25,449 bases of DNA from Nitrospinae bacterium CG22_combo_CG10-13_8_21_14_all_47_10 (GCA_002786505.1 PCTK01000057.1:3242-28690); one strand, 5' to 3'; counted from the first letter of the stretch, positions 1 to 9,577 are shown. Translations and numbers: made by a program. Notes: a model not told the origin generated them from the sequence alone.

Positions 1-1
1 A

Positions 2-1252
2 CTGGGCAACGGCCTGATCTCAGAAAAAGCCTGCATCATCGCCGCTCAGCAACACCATCAGGACCCACTGGCCCACTATGAGTTTTCCGTAACCCTGATG
101 GCTCGAGGCAACGCCAAAGAAGCCAATAAGGAATTGGCAGAAAGTGCCCGACTAGACCCTGAAAATTCCACCTACCCCTATGAGCGTGGGATGGTTTTTA
201 ATTACCTAAACCGGAATGACGAGGCCGAAAAATCTTTCAAACAGGCATTTTCCCTCGACAAAAGCAATGTTGAGGCCGCTTACCAACTCGCTTACCTTTA
301 CGCCACCAGGAAAGACAAGGCCCAGGCAGAAACCTACATCAACCACATTTTGGACAACCACCTTGACCACCCCAAGGCAGAATCTGCAAAGCTCCTGAAA
401 GAGTATATTTATAAAGACGCCACCGATAAATTGCCGCTGAAAGTTGTCCCGGGACAATATCATTTGAGCCGGTCAAAATCCCTTTACCAGTCCAGGCAAT
501 TCGGGTTGAGCCTCATTGAGGCGGAAACCGCCTCCCGGCTGAGCCCCAATGACCTGAGCGTCCAGGAGATTCTCGTTGGACTTCACAGTATGTTTTTGCG
601 TCTGGATATGGCTGAAAATTCTGTCAAAACGTTCATTGAGTACGCCAAAGACGATGACAAATTCAAGAGCCGGGGATATCAGGAATTGGCAGACATAGAA
701 GTTTTACGCGGGCATCTTGAAAAAGCCAAAAAACTCTACGAAAAAGCAAAAAACCTGGGGGATCCCAATGATATTGCCAAAGCCACTCTCGATGAGTTTC
801 CCGCAAAAATTGAGACAATGAAACAACAACCTCTGGACCCTAATGCTTTATTCATCAGTCCGGCCAAAGCATTGAACAGAAAGGGAGAAATTTTTGCCCA
901 TTTTGGGATGTATAACCGGGCCATGGGGATTTATTCCATGGTTTTAAGAATGGAACCCACCAATCTTTCCGCCCTGCTCAATATTGCCACAGCCAATTAT
1001 AAAAAAGAAAAATACAATCAAGCCATTTCTATCCTGGAAAGATTATTTGTCATCCATCCTAACCACGAGCATATCATTGCCCACCGGTTGCTTCTGGCGC
1101 GATCCTACGTCATGAAGGGAGACCTCGTGGATGGTGTCAAAAATCTTGAAATTGCGATGAAACTGAATCCTGGCATAAAAAAAGTCATCATCGAAGACCC
1201 TACTTTCGAAAAATTAAGGGCTCTTGAATCTTTCAGAACTTTAGTTCAGTAA
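2..1252 (+). CDS. Tetratricopeptide-repeat (TPR) protein, 5'-truncated by the window edge
   Basis: Frame is open from base 2 (LGNGLISEKA...) into the ORF-track ATG at 98, so the real start lies upstream. Repeated TPR-like helical pairs: YPYERGMVFNYLNRNDEAEKSFKQAFSLD, ALNRKGEIFAHFGMYNRAMGIYSMVLRMEPTN, ALLNIATANYKKEKYNQAISILERL. Confidence 0.85.
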   Translation: MGNGLISEKACIIAAQQHHQDPLAHYEFSVTLMARGNAKEANKELAESARLDPENSTYPYERGMVFNYLNRNDEAEKSFKQAFSLDKSNVEAAYQLAYLYATRKDKAQAETYINHILDNHLDHPKAESAKLLKEYIYKDATDKLPLKVVPGQYHLSRSKSLYQSRQFGLSLIEAETASRLSPNDLSVQEILVGLHSMFLRLDMAENSVKTFIEYAKDDDKFKSRGYQELADIEVLRGHLEKAKKLYEKAKNLGDPNDIAKATLDEFPAKIETMKQQPLDPNALFISPAKALNRKGEIFAHFGMYNRAMGIYSMVLRMEPTNLSALLNIATANYKKEKYNQAISILERLFVIHPNHEHIIAHRLLLARSYVMKGDLVDGVKNLEIAMKLNPGIKKVIIEDPTFEKLRALESFRTLVQ

Positions 1253-1289
1253 CTCCAGAATTCGACCTTATTTCAATAAAAAGTTAAGT

Positions 1290-1318
1290 TTGACTTTAAA
1301 TTTTTGTTCCTGTCTAAT
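1290..1318 (+). promoter_or_regulatory. Putative sigma70 promoter for the hypothetical-bcp pair
   Basis: TTGACT (1290-1295), 17-nt spacer, TCTAAT (1313-1318) in AT-rich intergenic DNA. Confidence 0.6.
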
Positions 1319-1385
1319 GCGTACAAATATAATCTCTTTATTTTTTATAAAGATCCCATGAACCCAAGTTTCGGGGAGCCCCCAC

Positions 1386-1841
1386 ATGACCACGGCCCTG
1401 CATCCACCTAAGGATTGGAAGTTTTTCTCGATTTTCACGGCTTTTCTTGCAACATGGTTTTTCCTGCTTCAAACTCCGAAAACTTATGCCGCTGACATTT
1501 GCAAGGGTGGGCTGAAAGAACTGCAAAAAAGCCAGGCGGTCATTCAAGACAAGGGGGGAATTTGGGGGTATCTTGAACAGTCTTCCGCCCTGAAAGACCA
1601 ATCTATATTGGGACTACAAATTGACGGCAAACTACAGCGCCTGATTGTTTCTTTTGAAAATCTTTGCGAGGTGGGTAAAATCCCCACCCAAAAGCTTTTT
1701 GATTTGATTTTAAATCTGATGGGTGATGCCAGAGTAATTTTCAACAAAAACGCTGACCGGCAACCCAAAGACAAGTTGCTGGAAAATTTGAATGTTTTGA
1801 ATAAAAACATTGATGAACTTTTGGCTCAACTGCCCAACTAA
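1386..1841 (+). CDS. Hypothetical secreted helical protein (151 aa)
   Basis: GGAG 7 nt upstream of the ATG. Hydrophobic N-terminus ending TYA|AD (signal-peptide-like), amphipathic helical mature part, two Cys (C39, C94). 6-nt gap to bcp. Confidence 0.75.
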   Translation: MTTALHPPKDWKFFSIFTAFLATWFFLLQTPKTYAADICKGGLKELQKSQAVIQDKGGIWGYLEQSSALKDQSILGLQIDGKLQRLIVSFENLCEVGKIPTQKLFDLILNLMGDARVIFNKNADRQPKDKLLENLNVLNKNIDELLAQLPN

Positions 1842-1847
1842 ACGATC

Positions 1848-2312
1848 ATGGCTGAATTGAAAGAGGGGAATAAGGCTCCGGATTTTACGGCTGTTGATCA
1901 GGACGGGTCCAAAGTCAAACTCAGTTCGTTTAAAGGCGAAAAGAATGTCGTGCTTTATTTTTACCCCAAAGACATGACTCCGGGGTGCACCACTCAGGCC
2001 TGTGACTTCCGCGACCAGTATAAAAAATTCAAAAACACCGTCATTATCGGTGTGAGTATTGACTCAATGGAAAGACACAAAAAGTTCATTGAGAAATACA
2101 ACCTTCCTTTCACTCTCATTGCCGATACCGATAAGAAAGTCGTGCAAAAATATGGAGTCTGGCAAGAAAAGAAACTCTATGGCAAAACTTTTATGGGGAT
2201 TGTCCGAACCACTTTCATCATCGACAAAAACGGAACGATCCAGAAAATATTCCCCAAGGTCAAGGTAAAGACCCATATTGAAGACGTGCTTGCCGCATTG
2301 AAGGATGTCTAG
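1848..2312 (+). CDS. bcp: Thioredoxin-dependent thiol peroxidase (BCP/PrxQ peroxiredoxin)
   Basis: APDF, VVLYFYPKDMTPGCTTQAC (peroxidatic C47 in PxxxTxxC, resolving C52), IIGVSID, F-TLIAD, GIVRTTFIID. Confidence 0.95.
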   Translation: MAELKEGNKAPDFTAVDQDGSKVKLSSFKGEKNVVLYFYPKDMTPGCTTQACDFRDQYKKFKNTVIIGVSIDSMERHKKFIEKYNLPFTLIADTDKKVVQKYGVWQEKKLYGKTFMGIVRTTFIIDKNGTIQKIFPKVKVKTHIEDVLAALKDV

Positions 2313-2332
2313 CCTGCTCCTTACTCATTCAC

Positions 2333-3748
2333 TCATGCAATATACGGGTTAGGGGCCATTAATTTTTCAATCTGTTGCACCGTTTTGGCAATTTTACTCG
2401 AAAGATTCAGACAGCCCGTTTTTGTAATCACCAAGTTGTCCTCAATACGAATACCGATCTTTTCGTCATAAGTCTTTCCCTTCAAGCGCAGGCGAAACTC
2501 CCCATACAGTCCGGGCTCATTACTAATCATCCAGCCCGGTTTCATGGGTTGCCGGGCATAGTTGCGGAAGGGGTCCCCATCATGTTCCTGCTCACCCATC
2601 AAGTGGCCCACCCCATGCGGCCTTTCTTTGTATTGCAATTTAAACTTCCCCCCTATCGCCTTGAAGTCCCGTTCAAGCCCCTGATTAACCTTACCCCAAC
2701 ACACCGTATTCAATTCCTCCATCGTCAGTCCGGCCTTGGCCTTTTTCTCCACAGCAATCTGGGCTTTCAGAACAATTTCGTAAAGAATTTTCTGCATGGG
2801 ATTAAACTTTCCCGACACGGGAAACGTCCTGGTGATATCTGCATGCATGGTCATCCAGCGAACGCCGAAATCAATCAGCACCATTTCGTTATTTGAAAAA
2901 TCATCATCGTTTTTTGTGTAGTGGAGAGTGGTTGCGTTGACTCCAGAAGCAACAATGGAAGGGTAGCTGAGACCAAACGGCGTATTCATCAGCATTTGGC
3001 CTTCGAGAAACCCTTGCACCTGGCACTCATTTTTAAAGTTTCTAAAATTTTTCAGCAGAGCCTTAAATCCGCCGTTAGTAATATCCTGTGCCTTTCTGGC
3101 ATTGGCAATATCATATTTATCCAGCGGCAGGCGTAGTTCAAAGTGATTCGCCATGATGTTCTTCAAGGCCTTTTTCGGGGCTTTCCAGACCCTCAACCAG
3201 CCCTCAAGTTTCTTTTTGAAATCAAAATTATGGTCAGTCGTGATGCTGGTGACTTTACCCTTTCGAATTCCTTCCAGCCAGAGCGTTCCCATCGTTTTTT
3301 TCTTTTGCTTCATAAACCGTTCTTTCAAGACATCCTTGAACTCACGGATATCGCGCACGTCATGAATTCCCGTAACCGATCTCACTTCCCTCAAGCTTTG
3401 ATCGTCCCCGACACCAAAACGGACTCCTTCCCAAAACTCAAGGATTCGGTCCTTGCTATCCACAAATAAAATTTCATCCGATACTTTTGAGTTTGGGTCC
3501 AGCAACAGGATTACATTATTCTGATTGATGCCGGTCAGGTACATCATTGCCGGCTCCTGATATGTGGGACAATAAGCATAGGACCAGGTCGTCTTTCCAC
3601 CCGGACCATAAGGAACCCCGGTAATGGCCATGAGTTGGCCTTCCCTTTCCATCAGTTTTTTTCTTCTATCACGAAACCGCCGCTTGGAAAAAGCTCCTGC
3701 TCCCCCATCCCGGAAAATTCCGGTATAAACTTTTTTTAAAGACTTCAT
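2333..3748 (-). CDS. pepP: Xaa-Pro aminopeptidase (M24B family, aminopeptidase P type)
   Basis: Metal-ligand motifs LIDFG, ADITRTFP, HGVGH...EHD, SNEPGLY, GIRIEDNLVIT, plus TLHY. N-terminal AMP_N-like YLTG motif. Paralog identity is uncertain. Confidence 0.85.
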   Translation of the reverse strand: MKSLKKVYTGIFRDGGAGAFSKRRFRDRRKKLMEREGQLMAITGVPYGPGGKTTWSYAYCPTYQEPAMMYLTGINQNNVILLLDPNSKVSDEILFVDSKDRILEFWEGVRFGVGDDQSLREVRSVTGIHDVRDIREFKDVLKERFMKQKKKTMGTLWLEGIRKGKVTSITTDHNFDFKKKLEGWLRVWKAPKKALKNIMANHFELRLPLDKYDIANARKAQDITNGGFKALLKNFRNFKNECQVQGFLEGQMLMNTPFGLSYPSIVASGVNATTLHYTKNDDDFSNNEMVLIDFGVRWMTMHADITRTFPVSGKFNPMQKILYEIVLKAQIAVEKKAKAGLTMEELNTVCWGKVNQGLERDFKAIGGKFKLQYKERPHGVGHLMGEQEHDGDPFRNYARQPMKPGWMISNEPGLYGEFRLRLKGKTYDEKIGIRIEDNLVITKTGCLNLSSKIAKTVQQIEKLMAPNPYIA

Positions 3749-3901
3749 AAATTTTATTTTCTAAATCCTGTTTAATATTTACAAAGTACAATAGTACTAT
3801 AAGCGTGGATACGACCCAACCCATTCATGATCCCCTGAGCAATATAAAATCTGGCTGGCTCCCGACTCCAGCCTTGATGCGCTCCGAGGCCTTTTAACCG
3901 C

Positions 3902-4507
3902 CTAGATTTTCTTTTTTAAAATACCCAACCACTCCTTGCCTTTTCTCTGCTCGGCAGACAAAGAGGTTTTAGCAAGTTGCTGGATTACAAATTTTTTTGA
4001 GAAATGCGATTCAATGTCTTCCCTTGTGGTGTTGTAAGGAGGCCCACCTTTCTTTTCCGTGTGATAAAACAAACCGATCAGCATTCCCGCGGGCTTCAAC
4101 ATTCGAGACACGTTCAGAACATAATCCTGCCTTTGCCGGGGAGAAATGGCACAAAAAAAAGTCTGTTCGAGCACCATGTCATAAATACCGTTGTGGGAAT
4201 CATCCAGACTGAAAAAATCCTGATACAAAATCCGGCCTTTCAAGTTTCTCTTTTTAAGAGATTTTTTTAAAAAACTGACCGCCCCCTCAGAAAAATCAAC
4301 TGCCGTCACCTCAAACCCGTTTTCTGCCAGGAAAACCACTTCATGCCCTCTTCCGCATCCAGGCACCAGCACTTTGCCAACAGGAAATTTCTCTTCCTGC
4401 CATAACTTGACGAAAGGGGGGGCCACCTCTCCCAGGTCCCAGCCCAAGTCATTAGATTCATAATGCCCTTGCCAGTCTTCCCGGCTGTATTCATCTTGAT
4501 TCATCAA
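3902..4507 (-). CDS. Class I SAM methyltransferase, TPMT / halide-thiol methyltransferase family
   Basis: WQGHY...WDLGEVAPP, motif I VLVPGCGRGHE, VTAVDFS, DFF, YDMVLEQTFFCAISP, GGPPY. Start overlaps the stop of the upstream gene (ATGA). Confidence 0.85.
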   Translation of the reverse strand: MMNQDEYSREDWQGHYESNDLGWDLGEVAPPFVKLWQEEKFPVGKVLVPGCGRGHEVVFLAENGFEVTAVDFSEGAVSFLKKSLKKRNLKGRILYQDFFSLDDSHNGIYDMVLEQTFFCAISPRQRQDYVLNVSRMLKPAGMLIGLFYHTEKKGGPPYNTTREDIESHFSKKFVIQQLAKTSLSAEQRKGKEWLGILKKKI

Positions 4508-5427
4508 ACAGAAAAATATTCAACAAGGTTTTGAATAGCCGCCTTACCCATCGCCTCAACCGCCTCCCGGGTATTGCCGCCTATATGAGGAGTCACCATC
4601 AAATTTGGAAGCTGAAGAAAGCCGATATCTGTTGGGGGCTCTTCATAAAACACATCCAGTCCCGCACCCGCAATTTCTCCTGACACCAACGCCCGGTGCA
4701 AGTCCCCCTGATGAACCACTCCGCCTCTACTGGTATTGACCAGAAACGCCGAAGATTTCATTTTTGCAAGCACCGCTTTGTCGATAAAGCTTTTGGTATC
4801 TTCGGTCAAGGGCACATGAAGCGTAACGATGTCAGACTCCTTAATGAGTTCATCAAACCCCGTTTCCACTGCACCGAACTGGCGACAGAATTCGCCGCGG
4901 TCTACAATATCCCTCACACGGATCTGGCATTGAAACGGCTGTAACAGCCGTACCAGTTCCTGCCCCACATTGCCGCATCCAATGATTCCTACGGTTTTGC
5001 CACTGAGTTCCTGTCCGCCATCGCGTTGCCAAAACCCACTTTTTAATTTTTCCGATAACATATTGTGGCAGAGTCCGATCATAAATCCCAATGTAAGTTC
5101 GGCCACAGACCTCCTGTTCGTGCCAAAGGTCACTCGCAAGTCGATGCCAGCACGGCGCAGGGCCTCCTGGTCCACGTTGTCCATCCCCACGCCATATTTC
5201 GAGATCATTCTTAATTTAGGCAGGGAACGGATCAACTCGGCATTGATTTGGTCTCTCCCTATCAATGCGGCGTCAGCATCCGCCAGAAAATCAACCAACT
5301 CGGGTACCGAAAGGTATCTGTCTTGATCGTTGAAAACCGCATTGGGGAAGTACTGCGATAACTCAACCCTCAGTGAAGATGTTTTACAAAAGGCTGGAGG
5401 GGTGACAGCTACCTTTGGTGCGTCCAT
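4504..5427 (-). CDS. D-isomer 2-hydroxyacid dehydrogenase, SerA-like, catalytic domains only (no ACT domain)
   Basis: YGVGMDNVD, NxxSVAE, Rossmann GIIGCGNVG, acidic residue (RD) consistent with NAD use, LHVPLT, NTSRG (Arg), LDVFYEEP (Glu), TPHIGG (His). 307 aa. Confidence 0.85.
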   Translation of the reverse strand: MDAPKVAVTPPAFCKTSSLRVELSQYFPNAVFNDQDRYLSVPELVDFLADADAALIGRDQINAELIRSLPKLRMISKYGVGMDNVDQEALRRAGIDLRVTFGTNRRSVAELTLGFMIGLCHNMLSEKLKSGFWQRDGGQELSGKTVGIIGCGNVGQELVRLLQPFQCQIRVRDIVDRGEFCRQFGAVETGFDELIKESDIVTLHVPLTEDTKSFIDKAVLAKMKSSAFLVNTSRGGVVHQGDLHRALVSGEIAGAGLDVFYEEPPTDIGFLQLPNLMVTPHIGGNTREAVEAMGKAAIQNLVEYFSV

Positions 5428-5430
5428 CGT

Positions 5431-6621
5431 TCAGCCCAAAATCTGGGTCACAATCGAAGCACCAGCGGTATAGGTGCCAATTGCGGAGCCCAGACTGGAA
5501 AAAAAGAAAATCAAAAACAACCGGGCAACGCGGTTTTTCCACCACATGGAATAAACGGCAATATCTTCGCGCAAGGTTTCAAAGTCACTTACTTTAGGTT
5601 TGCGCATGTAGGACTCCACCAGGCCCACGACCATTCCTGCTCCAATAGTGGGATTCAATGATGTCAAAGGGGCGGCGAAAAACCCGGTGATAATAGAGAC
5701 AGGGTGTCCAAAAGCAATCAGGGTTCCCAGCGCGCAGAACCCCCCGTTGAACAAAATCCAGGTCATTACCAACTGTTGCCCCAACTCGGGAGACTGGTAG
5801 TAACCAACTCCAAACATTGCCAGAATAAATACGCAAATACCCCAACCGATAAAATAACCAACCCGGCCTGGAGGCGGCTTTTGATCCAACATTTCCAACT
5901 GCGCTGAGTCTGGAGGAGATGCCATGGTCGGGAGCATGCCAATCAAATGTCCGGCCCCAACCAGTGCCAGGATTTTTTTAGGGCCACCCGGTTCATGGGC
6001 AATCTGCGCCAAACGCCCCACCATGTATTGATCTCTCTCATCAATCAGCACTCTTTTGATCTCCGGCAACTCCTCGCCAAATTCGCTCACCACCGAATGC
6101 AATAAATCTCCCTCCTTGAGGTCTTCAATCTGCTGTTCGCTTATCTCTTCGCCGACAAACACTCCGGCAATAAGTCCCCCTACAATTTTTAATTTTTGCC
6201 AGAACGATACTTCGGTAACTAACCGGTGCAGGGTGGTGGATATATTACGGTCAATAACCTCCAGCCGGATATTATTGGCGTGCGCAAGTTCAACGGCCCG
6301 AATCATTTCCTGACCTGCCTCCACACCAATTCGCTGGGCCAGACGTTTTTGATAGGCGGTCAAGGCGAGGTTGATCAGCAGGAGCCCGGCTTTCTTTTTG
6401 CGGAAAACCTCGTAGATGTCGAGATTCTTCCACCAAGTCTGGTTGGTGAGATTTTCCAGGCGCGGAGGACACAATTCCACCGCGACACAGTCGTAACCAC
6501 CATTCTGAATATGCTCCTCGACCATATCCACACTTAACTGGGAGACATGCGCCGTCCCCATCAAAGTTACTTCCGCAGAACCGAGGTGAAGGACTTTTAT
6601 AACATCTTCTTGCTTTTCCAC
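5431..6621 (-). CDS. TraB/GumN (PrgY/TIKI-like) family membrane protein
   Basis: GTG start after GGAT. Motifs LMGTAHVS, AVELCxxR, GxEM, IDRNISTT, LIDERDQYM, ALVGAGHL. C-terminal hydrophobic helices (AAPLTSLNPTIGAG; WWKNRVARLFLIFFFSSLGS). Confidence 0.9.
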   Translation of the reverse strand: MEKQEDVIKVLHLGSAEVTLMGTAHVSQLSVDMVEEHIQNGGYDCVAVELCPPRLENLTNQTWWKNLDIYEVFRKKKAGLLLINLALTAYQKRLAQRIGVEAGQEMIRAVELAHANNIRLEVIDRNISTTLHRLVTEVSFWQKLKIVGGLIAGVFVGEEISEQQIEDLKEGDLLHSVVSEFGEELPEIKRVLIDERDQYMVGRLAQIAHEPGGPKKILALVGAGHLIGMLPTMASPPDSAQLEMLDQKPPPGRVGYFIGWGICVFILAMFGVGYYQSPELGQQLVMTWILFNGGFCALGTLIAFGHPVSIITGFFAAPLTSLNPTIGAGMVVGLVESYMRKPKVSDFETLREDIAVYSMWWKNRVARLFLIFFFSSLGSAIGTYTAGASIVTQILG

Positions 6622-6740
6622 AGTATCCCTTCCTGAATAGCAGAGAGCTTACAAAAACAAATCGCTGGACACATGCATGCAGTAAAATTTTAATTGAGTT
6701 AAAATGAGGGAGACCGTATCGGCGGACAGGATTACCCTAT

Positions 6741-6760
6741 TGAGTCATGAGACTCATAAT
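6741..6760 (+). promoter_or_regulatory. Perfect palindrome TGAGTC-ATGA-GACTCA overlapping a putative -10 (CATAAT) upstream of uvrB
   Basis: The inverted repeat at 6741-6756 is read directly, with CATAAT at 6755-6760. The -35 is poor (TTACCC). An operator role is inferred. Confidence 0.45.
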
Positions 6761-6798
6761 TTAACATAAACCCCCTTAGTATTGAATCGGTCTTTTCC

Positions 6799-8790
6799 AT
6801 GCAACCTTTTAAACTTACATCCGACTACGAACCTGCCGGAGACCAGCCCTCTGCCATAGAAAATCTGGTGCAGGGCCTGAATTCCAACCCCAGCACACAG
6901 ACTCTTCTCGGAGTAACGGGGTCTGGAAAAACCTACACCATTGCCAATGTCATCGAACGGGTGCAAAAACCAACTCTGGTGCTTGCTCACAATAAAACCC
7001 TTGCGGCTCAACTTTACAATGAGTTTAAAACGTTTTTTCCAGATAACGCCGTAGGATATTTTGTCAGCTATTACGATTATTACCAACCCGAAGCCTATCT
7101 GGCGCAAACCGATACTTACATTGAAAAAGATGCCTCCATCAATGACGAGATCGATAAAATGCGGCATTCGGCCACCCACGCCCTGTTTGAGCGCCGGGAT
7201 GTAATCATAGTCGCCAGCGTTTCCTGCATTTATGGCCTGGGCTCACCGGAAGCCTACCATGGCATGCTTCTATTTTTGGAAAGAGGTAAAACCCTGGAGA
7301 GGGATCAGGCCCTGCAGAAACTCGTGGAAATCCAATATAAAAGAAACGATGTGGATTTTCAACGGGGCACATTCCGTGTACGTGGCGATGTTCTGGAAAT
7401 CCTGCCGGTCTACGAAAGAAATGAAGCCCTTCGGGTCGAATTTTTCGGTGACGAAATAGACCGGATTTCGGCTTTTGATCCCCTCACCCGCCAAACCATC
7501 CGGGAGTTGGACCGCATCGCCATCTATCCGGCAAGCCATTATGTAACACCGAAGGCACACCTGGAAAAAGCCATGGAAAACATCCGGCAGGAACTGATTG
7601 AACGGGTGGCCTATTTTGAAAGTCAGAATCTTCTTATCGAAGCGCAGAGAATTGACCAGAGGACCCTGTTTGACCTAGAGATGATTAAGGAAGTCGGTTA
7701 CTGCCAAGGCATCGAAAATTATTCCCGCCACCTCATGGCCAGGCCAGCAGGCGAACCGCCGCCGACTTTACTGGATTATTTCCCCGAAGATTCGCTTTTC
7801 ATTATTGATGAGAGCCACGTCACCCTGCCGCAATTACAGGGCATGTACAAGGGAGACCGTTCCCGCAAAGAGACCCTGATTCGATATGGTTTCCGCCTGC
7901 CCTCCGCCTTTGACAACCGGCCTCTTAAGTTTGAGGAGTTTGAACAGCATGTGCGCAACATCATTTATGTTTCCGCCACCCCCTGCCCTTATGAATTGGA
8001 AAAATCATCAAACCGCCCTGTGGAGTTGATCGTGAGGCCAACGGGACTGGTCGACCCGGAAATTGAGATCAAACCCGTGGCCAGTCAGGTCGACGATTTA
8101 TATGACCAAATTCGTTCCCGAGCGAAAAAAAATCAACGCTGTTTGATCACAACTCTGACCAAAAGATTTTCTGAGGATTTGGCCGAACATTATTCCGAAC
8201 TCGGCTTGAAGGTCAAATACCTGCATTCCGACATCGTGACTCTGGAGCGAACCCAGATAATTCGAGAACTCCGGCTGGGAGAATTCGATGCATTAATAGG
8301 TATCAATTTACTACGGGAGGGACTTGATATTCCCGAGGTTTCCCTGGTGGCTATACTGGATGCGGACAAAGAAGGTTTTCTGCGCTCCACCACATCCCTG
8401 ATCCAGACCGCCGGAAGAGCCGCTAGAAATATTTCCGGGAAAGTTATCTTTTACGCGGACCACATCACCCGATCCATGCAAGCCGCCATTGATGAAATGA
8501 GCCGTAGAAGGGAAATCCAGCTTGCCTATAACCGTGAGCACAACATCACCCCTCGCTCCATTCAAAGAGCTATTGAAGCCTCCATGGAATATTCAAAAAC
8601 TCCAGAGTTTGCGCTCGAGGTGATGGAAGAAGAGGAAACCTACGAGTCGGGAAAACCGGTTCTGGAGTTGATTGCGGAACTGGAAAAAAGGATGTTCTCT
8701 TTAGCAAAGGATATGAAGTTTGAAAAAGCGGCTGAACTCCGCGACCGGATCAAACACCTGCGGGAAAAGGACCTGAATATTATTTTATAA
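6799..8790 (+). CDS. uvrB: Excinuclease ABC subunit B
   Basis: Walker [67 protein letters not shown]-terminal UVR coil ([13 protein letters not shown]). Confidence 0.99.
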   Translation: MQPFKLTSDYEPAGDQPSAIENLVQGLNSNPSTQTLLGVTGSGKTYTIANVIERVQKPTLVLAHNKTLAAQLYNEFKTFFPDNAVGYFVSYYDYYQPEAYLAQTDTYIEKDASINDEIDKMRHSATHALFERRDVIIVASVSCIYGLGSPEAYHGMLLFLERGKTLERDQALQKLVEIQYKRNDVDFQRGTFRVRGDVLEILPVYERNEALRVEFFGDEIDRISAFDPLTRQTIRELDRIAIYPASHYVTPKAHLEKAMENIRQELIERVAYFESQNLLIEAQRIDQRTLFDLEMIKEVGYCQGIENYSRHLMARPAGEPPPTLLDYFPEDSLFIIDESHVTLPQLQGMYKGDRSRKETLIRYGFRLPSAFDNRPLKFEEFEQHVRNIIYVSATPCPYELEKSSNRPVELIVRPTGLVDPEIEIKPVASQVDDLYDQIRSRAKKNQRCLITTLTKRFSEDLAEHYSELGLKVKYLHSDIVTLERTQIIRELRLGEFDALIGINLLREGLDIPEVSLVAILDADKEGFLRSTTSLIQTAGRAARNISGKVIFYADHITRSMQAAIDEMSRRREIQLAYNREHNITPRSIQRAIEASMEYSKTPEFALEVMEEEETYESGKPVLELIAELEKRMFSLAKDMKFEKAAELRDRIKHLREKDLNIIL

Positions 8791-8795
8791 AATAT

Positions 8796-9446
8796 TTATC
8801 TTGGTAATTCCCTGTGTTCCATAGATCTTAGGGTGATGAATTTGGATATCGACCCTTCTGACTCGGGGAGAAGGTCCTGCCATTTAATGCCAGTCACAAA
8901 GGGGGCCGAACTGCTTTTAGGGTTCTTTCTCAAATTTCTTACAGTTGCCTTTTGCAGGTTAAGGCTACCGCCGCCAGGAAGTTCCGCCATAACATTTAAC
9001 AGGTTTTGTTTACTTACCTGCTTGCGATGACTGAGCAATGCCCCCCCGGAACTGATATCTCTTATAATCCCAGAGTCCTCAAACTTTTTATCCCCCTCCT
9101 CAAAAAAAAATGTGACCGGAATATTCGTATGAAATCGTTCAAACCTCCTGAGGTTGTGCAGATCAAAAGTGCGAGGATATTCAATGACCAAAAGAGAAAT
9201 TGCCTGAGCCAGAGCATAACTGGCAGATGACTTGAAGTTGACAAACAATCCGTCCTTGATGAAATGGATTTTCACCCCGGTTTGGGGAGCAACCCGGTAG
9301 GCTTCTGCCCCAATCCTGGGCAAATCAGTAATCACATATTGCCCCTTCAACCACCCCCTGATGCAAACGGTAAAAACCTCGCCGCGAATGGTGGCGGTCA
9401 CTTTTTGTCCCATAACAAAAGGGATTTCATCTGTTTTTATAGCCAT
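8796..9446 (-). CDS. YcgR-like protein with a C-terminal PilZ domain (c-di-GMP effector)
   Basis: N-terminal beta-rich domain followed by RRFER (RxxxR) and DISSGG (D/NxSxxG), with a terminal GIKW. Confidence 0.85.
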   Translation of the reverse strand: MAIKTDEIPFVMGQKVTATIRGEVFTVCIRGWLKGQYVITDLPRIGAEAYRVAPQTGVKIHFIKDGLFVNFKSSASYALAQAISLLVIEYPRTFDLHNLRRFERFHTNIPVTFFFEEGDKKFEDSGIIRDISSGGALLSHRKQVSKQNLLNVMAELPGGGSLNLQKATVRNLRKNPKSSSAPFVTGIKWQDLLPESEGSISKFITLRSMEHRELPR

Positions 9447-9468
9447 TTAATTGAACAACCTCTAATGA

Positions 9469-9499
9469 ATTATAACCTGCCAAAACCCGATTATTTCAA
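9469..9499 (-). promoter_or_regulatory. Possible sigma70 promoter for the PilZ gene
   Basis: Minus strand TTGAAA ... TATAAT. The -10 is perfect but the spacer is a suboptimal 19 nt. Confidence 0.4.
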
Positions 9500-9547
9500 C
9501 CCTTTCCTTATCGGAAAAAACACAAACTAAACAACCGCATATTCAAG

Positions 9548-9577
9548 AAAAAAAACACGCCTGTCTCAGGCACAGGC
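9548..9577 (-). terminator. Rho-independent terminator ending mreBCD-mrdA
   Basis: Minus strand GCCTGT-gcctgag-ACAGGC hairpin followed by GTG and a run of T, about 25 nt after the mrdA stop. Confidence 0.7.

Noticed and set aside
3853-3873. GGCTGG/CCAGCC hairpin after the methyltransferase gene as a terminator
   Set aside because: It has a 9-nt loop and only a broken U-tract (AGATTTTAT) on the minus strand. It is possible but not supportable.
9467-9483. sigma54 promoter before the PilZ gene (TTGGCA)
   Set aside because: The -24 element fits, but the -12 position reads AATT rather than TTGC.
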